Part shown: positions 32,440-41,629 of the stretch, in pieces
How positions within the stretch are numbered: the stretch's first letter is position 1
Layout: the number at the start of each line of letters is the position of its first letter
Source: an uncultured bacterium
Lineage (GTDB): Bacteria > Auribacterota > Erginobacteria > Erginobacterales > Erginobacteraceae
DNA: 64,000 nucleotides
Assembly (NCBI GenBank): GCA_963822585.1
Contig: CAWGIE010000031.1
Span: 288,001-352,000, forward strand
Direction of reading: 5' to 3'
Notes under the pieces: generated by a model
Database searches by the model: none
The model's input: only the letters and a program-made list of their open reading frames with translations
Told to the model about the DNA's origin: nothing
Made by a program: the position numbers and the translations under genes

Positions 32440-32566
32440 TGAGAACTCCTCCCTGTGGGAGGAACTCGCCGGAAGAACCTGCGTGAGGCCTGGGGAAAGT
32501 TCCCCCGGAAGCAGATCGAGGCCTATACTATTCTTTTTTCTTCGAACCAATAAAAAAACCGGTTAA

Positions 32567-32665
32567 ACCACGAAGGACACGAAGACCACGAAGGTTTCTA
32601 AAAATGAGCTGAATCTTACTTTTTTTCTTCATTTATTCTTCGTGTCCTTCGTGCCCTTCGTGGTA
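32567..32665. repeat. Inverted 9-mer arrays (CACGAAGGA / CTTCGTG)
   Basis: accacgaaggacacgaagaccacgaagg ... cttcgtgtccttcgtgcccttcgtggt. Confidence 0.75.
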
Positions 32666-32718
32666 ATTTATTCCGTTATTTAAAAGTAGAGTTACTGCCA
32701 TACCAGACGGGCACGGGC

Positions 32719-33561
32719 ATGAATTATGAACTGATCGATTCGGGGAACCGGCGGAAACTGGAGAAATTCGGCGACTATATCCTGGTCAGGCCGGCGCCGG
32801 TGGCGATATGGAAGCCGGTATTCCCCGAAGACGAGTGGAAAAAAGCCGACGCGGTTTTTTCCCGGAAGAACGGAGATGACGCCGGGAGTGCAAAACGACT
32901 GCCCGAGTCATGGCCTACCGAGATAGAGGGCCTCACTTTCAAGACATCCCTGACCGATTTCGGCCACCTGGGCGTCTTTCCCGAACACCGCCTGCTCTGG
33001 AAGCGTCTGAGGGAGATCGTCAGTAAAAGCCGGCGAAACGACCTCGCTATCCTCAACCTCTTCGCCTACACCGGGGGCGCCACCCTTTCCCTGGCTTCCG
33101 AAAATACCCGGATCTGTCATCTCGACGCATCCCCCCCCGCCGTCTCCTGGGCGAAGGAGAACGCCGCCTTGAACCGGATGGAAAACTACCCCATCAGGTG
33201 GATCGTCGACGACGCCAGAAAGTTTGTCGGGAGGGAGATCAAGCGGGGGGTCCGGTATGACGCCGTCATCCTGGATCCCCCTTCCTTCGGGAGGGGGAAC
33301 AAGGGCCAGGTCTTCAAGATCGAGGACGATCTCTATCCTCTCCTCCAGTCGTGTTCCCGCCTCCTCTCCGACAATCCATTATTCGTCTGCCTCTCCTCTC
33401 ACACCGCGGGCTTTACCGGACCGGTTCTGGGGAATATCCTGAACCAGATTTTTTCCGCCTCCCGGGGGGGGAAAGTGGAATCCGGGGACATGCTGATATA
33501 TTCCAAGAGATCGTTCCCGCTCTCTCTGGGGACTTACGCCGTTTGGGACGCCGCGCGATGA
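32719..33561 (+). CDS. Class I SAM-dependent methyltransferase (RlmI/RlmK-like)
   Basis: YELIDSG..RKLEKFG, HLGVFPE, LNLFAYTGG, ILDPPSFG. Confidence 0.85.
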   Translation: MNYELIDSGNRRKLEKFGDYILVRPAPVAIWKPVFPEDEWKKADAVFSRKNGDDAGSAKRLPESWPTEIEGLTFKTSLTDFGHLGVFPEHRLLWKRLREIVSKSRRNDLAILNLFAYTGGATLSLASENTRICHLDASPPAVSWAKENAALNRMENYPIRWIVDDARKFVGREIKRGVRYDAVILDPPSFGRGNKGQVFKIEDDLYPLLQSCSRLLSDNPLFVCLSSHTAGFTGPVLGNILNQIFSASRGGKVESGDMLIYSKRSFPLSLGTYAVWDAAR

Positions 33562-34409
33562 GGATAGAAAGCCTGCACAATCAAAAGATCAAGGATGCCT
33601 TAAAGCTCTTCAAAAAAAACGTCCGCGACGAGACCGGTCTTTTCATCATCGAGGGGTACCGGGAACTGCTGCGGGCCTATGAAAACGACGTTGCCATCAA
33701 GACCCTCTTTTACTCCCGGGACCACTTTTTGAAGGACAACGAAGACGCTCTGATCGAGGGCATCCGTTCCCGGGGCGCCCAGGTTCTGGACTGCAAAAAA
33801 GAGGTCTTCGAAAAGCTTTCCTACCGGGACCGGCCGGACGGTCTCTTCGCGGTGGCCCGGCAGCGGCATCCTTCCCGGGAGCAATTAGACGGGATCGCAC
33901 AAACGGTGAAAGACCCCTTCCTGGTCGTGGTCGAACGGATCGAGAAGCCGGGCAACCTGGGAACCATCCTGCGCACCGCCGACGGCGTCGGCGCCGACGC
34001 CGTCATCGTCTGCGACCCGGTGGTGGACGTCTACAATCCGAACGTTGTCCGGGCATCGGTGGGAACGCTCTTCTCGATCACCGTCTTTACCCTGGCCGGG
34101 GATGAGTGCCTCTCTTTTCTGAAAGAAAACGGCATCAGGATCGTCGCCACCAGCCCGGAAGGAGAGAAGAATTATTTCGAGGCGGATCTGACCGGTCCGA
34201 TCGCCGTCGTCTTCGGCGCGGAACAATACGGACTTTCCCCGGGCTTGTTGAAGAACGCCGATCTCAGTGTCCGGATACCGATGTCGGGGACGGCGGACTC
34301 CTTGAACGTATCCGCTTCGGCCGCGGTCATGCTCTACGAGGTTTACCGGCAGAGACATCATACACCCGGTTGCTCCACTCAGTCGGTTGAAATACTACCC
34401 CGGCCATAA
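33558..34409 (+). CDS. TrmH/SpoU-family RNA 2'-O-methyltransferase
   Basis: ATGA-coupled start at 33558; KPGNLGTILRTAD, FGAEQYGL, IPMSGTADSLNVS. Confidence 0.9.
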   Translation: MRIESLHNQKIKDALKLFKKNVRDETGLFIIEGYRELLRAYENDVAIKTLFYSRDHFLKDNEDALIEGIRSRGAQVLDCKKEVFEKLSYRDRPDGLFAVARQRHPSREQLDGIAQTVKDPFLVVVERIEKPGNLGTILRTADGVGADAVIVCDPVVDVYNPNVVRASVGTLFSITVFTLAGDECLSFLKENGIRIVATSPEGEKNYFEADLTGPIAVVFGAEQYGLSPGLLKNADLSVRIPMSGTADSLNVSASAAVMLYEVYRQRHHTPGCSTQSVEILPRP

Positions 34410-34634
34410 TTTATTTCGCATTGATGTATCATTATTAAAATGGCGAAATCCGAATGACGAATGACGAAAGAATGACTGAATCCGAATGACGAATGCCACA
34501 TCTTCCCGATCTCCACTGCCGTTACCAGTTCGTAAACTGAATCAGACAATACACATTTGAATTCCGGTTAGATTAATAATGTTAATTCTCTTCTCGCAGT
34601 GCGAACCGAAATTTAAAATGAGCGAGGAATCCCC

Positions 34635-35336
34635 ATGCTTGGCACGGCCAGGATATTAGTTTATCATGCCATCCAGACGGACGGGGATTTTCCCTCCTCC
34701 GCCCGGACCAACGTCCCCCCGGATCTTTTCGAACGGCAGCTCGATCATCTGCGGAAGCGTTATGCGATAGTCCCCCTGGACGAAGCCGTTGACGGGAAAA
34801 GAGGGCCCGGGAAAAATCCGCTCGCCCTCACCTTTGATGACGGATATCGCGATACCTATGCCGCAGCCTATCGGATTTTATGCGAGCGGGGGTGCCCCTT
34901 CACTCTCTTTCTCACGGTTTCCCGGATCGGGAAAGACTGGCCCTTCCCCCGGGGGCCGTACCCCGGCCTGAACTGGAAGCAGGTGAACGAGATGGCCGCG
35001 AATCCCCTGATCGGCATCGGCTCCCATGGCCTGCGGCACACCGTCTTGACCCGGCTGCCCCCGGAAGAGGCCAAGGCCGAGATCGGAGTTTCCCGGATGA
35101 TCCTGGAGGAGAAAATTCCTCTGCCCTGCCGGTTCTTCTCCTATCCCCACGGCAGTTTCAACGCTCAGGTCAAGGAATACGTTCGCCGGGCCGGCTACCG
35201 GGCGGCCTTTTCGGTCATCTCCCCCAACGAGGACGATTTTTCGCTGCGGAGGGTCCTGATCTCCCGGAAGGACACCATGCTCCGATTCATGATCAAGCTC
35301 TCCCCCCTTTACTGGCCGCTGCGAAAACTCATTTAA
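34635..35336 (+). CDS. Polysaccharide deacetylase (CE4)
   Basis: ILVYH, LTFDDGY, GSHGLRH, FSYPHG. Confidence 0.9.
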   Translation: MLGTARILVYHAIQTDGDFPSSARTNVPPDLFERQLDHLRKRYAIVPLDEAVDGKRGPGKNPLALTFDDGYRDTYAAAYRILCERGCPFTLFLTVSRIGKDWPFPRGPYPGLNWKQVNEMAANPLIGIGSHGLRHTVLTRLPPEEAKAEIGVSRMILEEKIPLPCRFFSYPHGSFNAQVKEYVRRAGYRAAFSVISPNEDDFSLRRVLISRKDTMLRFMIKLSPLYWPLRKLI

Positions 35337-35522
35337 CCGCTAACCAGATATATTTATAAATCGGGTTATTTTTGAACAAGGACAAGGATATTTTTTATAG
35401 CAGTGTGATAGGGCATTGACCGTATTATGCTACCGGCCAATAACTTGTCGGGGAAAATTTAATTTTCGATTCTCATGATTAATCCGGACTAAGATAGACA
35501 AGGCGTAAAGGCAGATCGGCCG

Positions 35523-36725
35523 GTGAAATATAAAATGGAATATTTCTTAGACAGTTCTTTGAAGAAGCTTATGGCCAGAGCCGTTGATGGAGCCGGTTAT
35601 GCCGTGTTTAGGGACCAGAAGAACATTCCTATTGATACGAATACCGTCAGGAAAATTCTTCTGATCCGGCTGGATCACATCGGAGATGTCCTGATGACCA
35701 CCCCGGCGCTCCGCGCTCTCCGGAAGGCCATCCCCGGGGCAAAAATACATCTGTTGGTCAAGGACCTGACGGCGCCTATGGTGGAACTCACCCCTTATAT
35801 CGACCGGATCATCCGCTTGAACGCTCCCTGGACCACAACCGGGCCGGAGAAAGCATCCTGGGGCGAGGTGGCGCGGACTGTCCGGTCACTGCGAAGGGAG
35901 AAATACGACTGCGTCGTCGACTTCCGGCCCGACCTCCGAGAGGCGCTTCTGGCTTACGTCACCGGTTCCCGGATTCGGATCGGTTATGGGGCGCGGGGCG
36001 GCGGCTTCTGTTTCACCCATTCCCTCCCCTATAGCCCGCACGCACATGAAATCTCCAGAGCGCTCAACCTTCTTTCGCCGCTGGGGATCTCCGCCGACGG
36101 GAATGAAATGGATCTCTTTCTCTCCCCTGAAGACAAAGAAAAGGCTGATCGCCTCTATCCTCCGGGAGGCGGGGAGAGTCAGACGATAACCGTCGGAATA
36201 CACCCGGGGGCCGCCTCTCCCTTCAAGCGCTGGACGGAGAAAAGTTTCAGCCTTCTGGGCGATTTGCTGGCCGACCGGGGGTATCGGGTGATCCTGCTCA
36301 GCGCCGAAGAGGACCGCCCCCTTCTCGCCGGCATCGAAACCCGGGTGAAACGAAAACCCGTCGTGATCTTGCCCGGCGGATTACGGGTTCTGGCCGCTCT
36401 GATCAACCGCCTCGACTGCCTGGTCTGCAATGACTCGGCCCCTTCTCATATCGCCCAGGCGGTGGGGACGCCGGCGGTCGTTCTCTACGGTCCCACTCAC
36501 GACGCGGTGACCGGACCGCTGGACAGGGAGAGAAATCGAGTGGTGAGAAACCCGGTTTCCTGCGCCCCCTGCTGGCTACCGGGGTCGAGGTTCAGCTGTA
36601 CCTATGACCTGCGGTGTTGGGAGGGGCTGGGGGCGGAGGAAGTGGTGAAAGAGGTGGAGTCATTATTAAAGTTACGGAAGGTTACGATAAAAGGTTACGA
36701 GAAGTTACGAAACGTTACAAAATAG
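35523..36725 (+). CDS. GT9 (heptosyltransferase-like) glycosyltransferase
   Basis: LIRLDHIGDVLMTTP, HPGA..KRW, NDSAPSHIA, LYGPT. Confidence 0.9.
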   Translation: MKYKMEYFLDSSLKKLMARAVDGAGYAVFRDQKNIPIDTNTVRKILLIRLDHIGDVLMTTPALRALRKAIPGAKIHLLVKDLTAPMVELTPYIDRIIRLNAPWTTTGPEKASWGEVARTVRSLRREKYDCVVDFRPDLREALLAYVTGSRIRIGYGARGGGFCFTHSLPYSPHAHEISRALNLLSPLGISADGNEMDLFLSPEDKEKADRLYPPGGGESQTITVGIHPGAASPFKRWTEKSFSLLGDLLADRGYRVILLSAEEDRPLLAGIETRVKRKPVVILPGGLRVLAALINRLDCLVCNDSAPSHIAQAVGTPAVVLYGPTHDAVTGPLDRERNRVVRNPVSCAPCWLPGSRFSCTYDLRCWEGLGAEEVVKEVESLLKLRKVTIKGYEKLRNVTK

Positions 36726-37250
36726 TTGCCGGAGCGAACTATGACGCAAGAGAGAATATTTAAACGGATAGCGGCATATGAGAAGCTGAAATTTTATCAA
36801 ATTATCTGCGAGATCCGTGTTTTAATATACCGGCTTACCGAACGTTTCCCGAAATCATGTTTTAAGCTGGTAGCACAAATGAGAGACGCCGCACGATCAT
36901 CAAAGCAGAACATACGAGAATTTTATCGACGCGGCACGGTCGGAGAATTTATACGGGGAATAAAAATAAGCCAAGGTTCTCTGGAAGAATTAGGTGGCGA
37001 TGTCGAGGATTGCTACAAGGATAAATTAATCACTAAAGCCGAATTTGATCACCTGGCGTCAAAATTCCAAAGCGCGGATTACCTGATGGCCAGATATCTT
37101 GACTCCCTCTATAAAATGGAACGCGAGGGAACCTGGAAAACTCCGGGGAACCGTTCTAAAAAGAAAGGTCGCAAATAATGCATACGTTCTGGCTCATCAT
37201 GTAACCCTCCGTAACCTCCCGTAACCTTTAATCGTAACCTCCCGTAACTT
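36670..37250. repeat. Inverted GTTACG / CGTAAC arrays bracketing the four helix bundle gene
   Basis: Five GTTAC units at 36671-36720 and five GTAAC units at 37201-37250. Confidence 0.8.
36741..37178 (+). CDS. Four helix bundle protein (23S rRNA IVP / bAvd-like family)
   Basis: YEKLKFYQ..IYRLTERFP...LVAQMRDAARSSKQNIRE...GSLEE; GGAG RBS. Confidence 0.85.
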   Translation: MTQERIFKRIAAYEKLKFYQIICEIRVLIYRLTERFPKSCFKLVAQMRDAARSSKQNIREFYRRGTVGEFIRGIKISQGSLEELGGDVEDCYKDKLITKAEFDHLASKFQSADYLMARYLDSLYKMEREGTWKTPGNRSKKKGRK

Positions 37251-37256
37251 TTTATA

Positions 37257-38435
37257 ATGAAAATCTTACAAGCCGCCTACAAATCCACCATCTCCGGCGG
37301 GGAGAAAGTCCTTTTCGACCTGGCCACGTCCCTGAAGGAGCGGGGTCACGTGGTGTCCGTCGTCTGCCCCGATCCCGGCCAGTTGCCCGATGAACTGGCA
37401 AAATACGGGATCCGGACCCGGATCATCCCCTACCATAAGACATACGATCTTCACGCCGCTCATCGTCTGGCACGGTTCATCCGGAGTGAAAAAATCGAGG
37501 TCCTCCACTCCCACAGCATGCTGACCAACATCATCGCTCGGATCGCCGGGCACCGCGCCCGGGTGCCGGTCTCGGTCTCGACCGAGCACCTGACGATGGA
37601 GCTGGCCCGGGGCGGCCGGGGAAAGGGACTCCGGGAGAGAATGATGGCGGCCTATTACCGTCTCCTCGATAACTATACCAGCCGTTTTAATCAACGGGTT
37701 ATCGCCGTTTCCCGGGCTGTCCGGGACGACCTGATCGAACAGGGGATCCCCGCCCGCCGGATAGCGGTCATTCAAAATGGGATCAAAATCCCGGATATCG
37801 GCCCCGGGGCGGGTGACAGGATCAGAAGAGAGCTGGGCATCAAACCGGGAGAGACTATCATCGGAGCGGTCGGACGGCTCTCCCCCCAGAAAGATTATTC
37901 CACTCTGCTTCGCGCCTTCCAGGAAGTGATCAAAAGCTGCCCCGGGATCGATCTTCTGATCGCGGGAGACGGTCACTTGCGGCGGGAATTGGAGAAGCTC
38001 ACCTGTGATCTGGGAATCGGGGAACAGGTGAAGTTTCTTGGACATCGCTCCGATATCCTGGAAGTCGTCTCCTCCTTCGACATTTATGCCCTCTCCTCTC
38101 TCTGGGAAGGGCTGCCCCTGGCAGTCCTGGAAGCGATGATGCTGGCGAAGCCCGTGGTCTCCACCGCGGTTCCCGGGACGGCGGAGGCGGTGATCGAAGG
38201 CGAGACCGGTTTCCTGGTGCCTCTGAGAGATTCAGCGGTCCTGGCCGGCAGGATCATCGAGCTGGTCAAAGACCCTGAGCGCGGCCGGACAATGGGCGAG
38301 GCGGGCAGAAAACGGGCAGTGGAAAAATTCAGCCTGGAAAGGGTGGTGGATGAACATGAAGAGTTATACAGGACCTTGCTCATCAGACGATCATCTAAAT
38401 CAGGAATTTCAAAAAAGGAATATTTGGTAATGTAG
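37257..38435 (+). CDS. GT4 glycosyltransferase
   Basis: SGGEK, GRLSPQKD, EGLPLAVLEAM. Confidence 0.9.
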   Translation: MKILQAAYKSTISGGEKVLFDLATSLKERGHVVSVVCPDPGQLPDELAKYGIRTRIIPYHKTYDLHAAHRLARFIRSEKIEVLHSHSMLTNIIARIAGHRARVPVSVSTEHLTMELARGGRGKGLRERMMAAYYRLLDNYTSRFNQRVIAVSRAVRDDLIEQGIPARRIAVIQNGIKIPDIGPGAGDRIRRELGIKPGETIIGAVGRLSPQKDYSTLLRAFQEVIKSCPGIDLLIAGDGHLRRELEKLTCDLGIGEQVKFLGHRSDILEVVSSFDIYALSSLWEGLPLAVLEAMMLAKPVVSTAVPGTAEAVIEGETGFLVPLRDSAVLAGRIIELVKDPERGRTMGEAGRKRAVEKFSLERVVDEHEELYRTLLIRRSSKSGISKKEYLVM

Positions 38436-38638
38436 TATCGTCCTTCACTCCGTTCAGGACTTGTAGGATCAGAATGTCTTCGGCATTCTTTGTAGGAATT
38501 GTAGGATCGCTTCGCTTGCATTCGCAAGCCTTGCCGCAGGCAAGGCGATACTACATTTACTACATCTCCTGCAAGTCCTGAACGGAGTGAAGGACGATCC
38601 TACATAAATTTGCGAGCGCAGCGAGCTAATTTATTATG
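38431..38638 (+). mobile_element. ~210-bp palindromic dispersed element, copy A
   Basis: 38-bp inverted repeat (2 mismatches) at 38431-38468 / 38567-38604, plus a tail ending at ATG 38636. Confidence 0.75.
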
Positions 38639-39799
38639 GTTAACATCCTCTTTATCAATCCGGCCGGTTTTATCGGCGGCGCGGAGAAGAGTTTACTTGA
38701 CCTGGTAACGCATCTTCCGCCGGACCGTTTTCAGCCCCTGGTTGTTCTCCTCTCGCCCGGACCGTTAGAGGAGGAACTGCAAGCGCGGGGAATCCCCTCT
38801 GCAGTGGTCCCGCTCCCCCCCGCTTTGCTCAGATTGAGCCGGGGTAAAAATTTCCGGTCATTTTTCATGATGGCTGCCGTTCCTTTTCTGACCCTCCCCG
38901 TCCTGAAAAGGATCTGCCGGCTGATCAGGGCCGAAAACATCACCGTGATTCATACCAACGGGCTCAAGGCCCACCTGCTCGGCGTCGCTCTCTCCTTGAT
39001 CACCGGCCGCCCTCTGGTCTGGCATTTCCGGGATCTGCTCGATGAAGGTATCTATGCCCGGCTCTTCCGCTGGTTGGCGCGTGTCTTTCCCCGGAAGATA
39101 ATCGCCAACTCGAAGAAGGTAAAGGAACGTCTGGGGGACCTGGAGAAGACCAACGTTGTCTATAACGCCATCGATCCGCCGCGGCCGGGCAAGGATGAGG
39201 ACCGCCGCCAACGGAGAACTGCACTCGGCCTTTCCGAGGAGGATATAACGATCGGCACGGTCGGGCATTTCGCTCCCCTGAAAGGGTACGAAGACTTCGT
39301 CCGGGCGATGCCCACAATCCTGCAAAAGATTCCCCGCGCCCGGTTTCTCATCGTCGGAGAGGCGATCTATCCCGCCTACCGGGACTATAAGCAGCAGATC
39401 GGCGATCTTGTTGATCGTCTCGGTCTTTCGGGAAAAGTAAACTTCACCGGCTTCCGCGATGACCTCCGGGAGGTCCTGGATATCCTGGATATCTTTGTCC
39501 TTCCCTCCCGATCCGAGGGATTCGGCAGAGCAAATCTGGAAGCGATGGCCGCGGGCAAGCCGGTTGTCTCCACCAATGTCGGGGGTATCCCCGAGGTGGT
39601 GATAAACGGCGAGGACGGGATCCTGGTTCCTCCGTGTGATCCCGGTGCCCTGGCGGCAGCTATCATCAGGCTGGCTGAAGATAAAGCCCTGGCCGGAAAA
39701 ATGGGGGCGGCGGGACGGAAGAGAGCGGAGCAGTTTACCATCGAAAAAATGGTGGACGGCGTGGTGCGGGTTTATGAGGAGATTATCAACACACTCTAA
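38636..39799 (+). CDS. GT4 glycosyltransferase
   Basis: IGGAEKSL, EGFGRANLEAMAAGKPVV. Confidence 0.9.
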   Translation: MVNILFINPAGFIGGAEKSLLDLVTHLPPDRFQPLVVLLSPGPLEEELQARGIPSAVVPLPPALLRLSRGKNFRSFFMMAAVPFLTLPVLKRICRLIRAENITVIHTNGLKAHLLGVALSLITGRPLVWHFRDLLDEGIYARLFRWLARVFPRKIIANSKKVKERLGDLEKTNVVYNAIDPPRPGKDEDRRQRRTALGLSEEDITIGTVGHFAPLKGYEDFVRAMPTILQKIPRARFLIVGEAIYPAYRDYKQQIGDLVDRLGLSGKVNFTGFRDDLREVLDILDIFVLPSRSEGFGRANLEAMAAGKPVVSTNVGGIPEVVINGEDGILVPPCDPGALAAAIIRLAEDKALAGKMGAAGRKRAEQFTIEKMVDGVVRVYEEIINTL

Positions 39800-39801
39800 A
39801 A

Positions 39802-39946
39802 AGGCTGTCCGATAAACCTGTTTTTGTGGATTATTATGGTAGTCGCACCTTTTAAGGCGCGTAATCTTTTGATCGTTAATGAGTCCCATCACCATAAACG
39901 CAGGTTAAAACCTGCGACTACCAAAAACAGGTTTGTCGGACAGCCT
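39802..39946. mobile_element. MITE-like element: 24-bp TIRs enclosing a REP pair
   Basis: AGGCTGTCCGATAAACCTGTTTTT / AAAAACAGGTTTGTCGGACAGCCT (1 mismatch); internal GGTAGTCGCA...TGCGACTACC. Confidence 0.75.
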
Positions 39947-39953
39947 CTTAAGG

Positions 39954-41414
39954 ATGCGGCTATCGGTATGGATACGGTCTGATATTGTTTTGAGAACCTA
40001 CTTTAAAAAACACAAAAAATTCCTGATCGTTTTCGGGATGCTGCTCTGCCTGTTCGTCATCTCCGGCCCCCTCTTCCGGACATTTGGGCGGCGCCTGATT
40101 GAGGACATTTATTACGGCCGTACGGTACCCTTTTTGAACGGGCTGATCGAAGACCAGAGCCGACGACCGCTGGAAGTGTATCTCGCCTACGGGGATACAT
40201 TTTTCAAACAGTTCCGGGGATACTTCCTTTCCTTGCTGTTCTTGTTCGGTATTTACTTTCTCTATACCCTGGTCCCGGCCATCAGGAACAAAATAGTTCA
40301 AAATCTGGCTGTCCTGCTTCTGGTCATTCTTACGATCTTCGGCCTGACGGAACTTTTTCTGCGCTATCTGATGCCCGTCCAGCTCGGCGAGATCACATTT
40401 GCCCACTATCAGCCGTCGGCCAATCCCCGTATCGTCATCGAGCCGCGTCCTTCCAGCGGCGGCTTCAATTCCTCCGGTTTCCGCGATCGCGAGTATCCGA
40501 AGAAAAAACCGCAAGGGGTTTACCGGATTATCGTGATCGGGGACTCGCTGGCCTACGGCCTACGCGTCGATCCGGGGGAAACTTACGCGAAAAAACTCGA
40601 GAAAAAATTGAATGTCCCCTCCGGAAACGGGAAAAAGTATGAAGTGATCAATATGGGAGTCCCCGGTTACCGGACAACCCAGATTATCGCCCGACTGGAG
40701 GAAAAAGGCCTGGCCTACGATCCCGATCTGATCATTTACGGCTACTGGCTGGATGACATCAGCTTCAGCGGACTGGTTCCTTTCTATTTCAGCCGGACCA
40801 ACCTTGACATGAGCGAGAAGGTACACCGTCTGATGGCCGGAAACCCGGTGGAGAGGAAGATAAAAAAGCTTCTCCTGGATTCGCAGATCGTCCGTCGCTG
40901 CATCCTCCTGGCCAGAGAATTTCAGAGGCGACGGGCGGGTGAGAAAATCACGAGCGCCATCTTCCCGGTCGGGGAAAAAATCAAAGAATTGGATCCGGCT
41001 GTCCGCGATCTCTACCAAGAATACCGGGAAAAACTCGCACGGGGAACATACGCCGATGCGGCAGGGGGGGAACCGTATTTCGCCCGCTACGCCGATGTCG
41101 ATGACTTCGTGTTATGGAACAGCGGGATGAAAGAATTCGCCCGGATAAGCCGGGAGCGGGGCATCCGCTGCCTGCTCCTGATGACGCCGGTTATCTATGA
41201 TTATCGAGACGGGGATTATCGCTGGGAAGGGCTCCACCTTTTCATCCGGTCCGTCGCCAAAGAGTATTCGATCCCCGTCCTCGATCTCACGGACGCGTTC
41301 CACCAGCAGGAGGCGTATCGGCTCCGGGCCGGCGATCTCGAACATCCCAGCCCGCTGGGGCACAAGATAATAGCGGACAAGCTGTATGAATGGATCATGA
41401 ACAATCCGGAGTGA
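39954..41414 (+). CDS. Membrane-anchored SGNH/GDSL hydrolase-family protein
   Basis: NSSGFRD, IGDSLAYG, NMGVPGY, DLEHPSPLGH; start uncertain. Confidence 0.85.
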   Translation: MRLSVWIRSDIVLRTYFKKHKKFLIVFGMLLCLFVISGPLFRTFGRRLIEDIYYGRTVPFLNGLIEDQSRRPLEVYLAYGDTFFKQFRGYFLSLLFLFGIYFLYTLVPAIRNKIVQNLAVLLLVILTIFGLTELFLRYLMPVQLGEITFAHYQPSANPRIVIEPRPSSGGFNSSGFRDREYPKKKPQGVYRIIVIGDSLAYGLRVDPGETYAKKLEKKLNVPSGNGKKYEVINMGVPGYRTTQIIARLEEKGLAYDPDLIIYGYWLDDISFSGLVPFYFSRTNLDMSEKVHRLMAGNPVERKIKKLLLDSQIVRRCILLAREFQRRRAGEKITSAIFPVGEKIKELDPAVRDLYQEYREKLARGTYADAAGGEPYFARYADVDDFVLWNSGMKEFARISRERGIRCLLLMTPVIYDYRDGDYRWEGLHLFIRSVAKEYSIPVLDLTDAFHQQEAYRLRAGDLEHPSPLGHKIIADKLYEWIMNNPE

Positions 41415-41629
41415 ATGCTTCGGAATTTTCAGCCAGAGGCTGATGCGCCTCTGGCGCACAATAATCTTATTTTTCCGGAGAAAAAATAAGAACGTGCAAG
41501 CATTGATCCACTATTGAAGAGATATTTTAAAGTGAATTCGTGTAATCCTTCGGCTACGCTCAGGACAAGTTTCGCGTAATTCGTAGTTTTATTTAAATTG
41601 CCCGCGCGCGGCGCGGGCCATGTTCTATT

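Noticed and set aside
38858..39895. Long antisense ORFs opposite GT genes (also 10526..11743 and 37266..38045)
   Set aside because: Typical antisense shadows of high-GC coding sequence.
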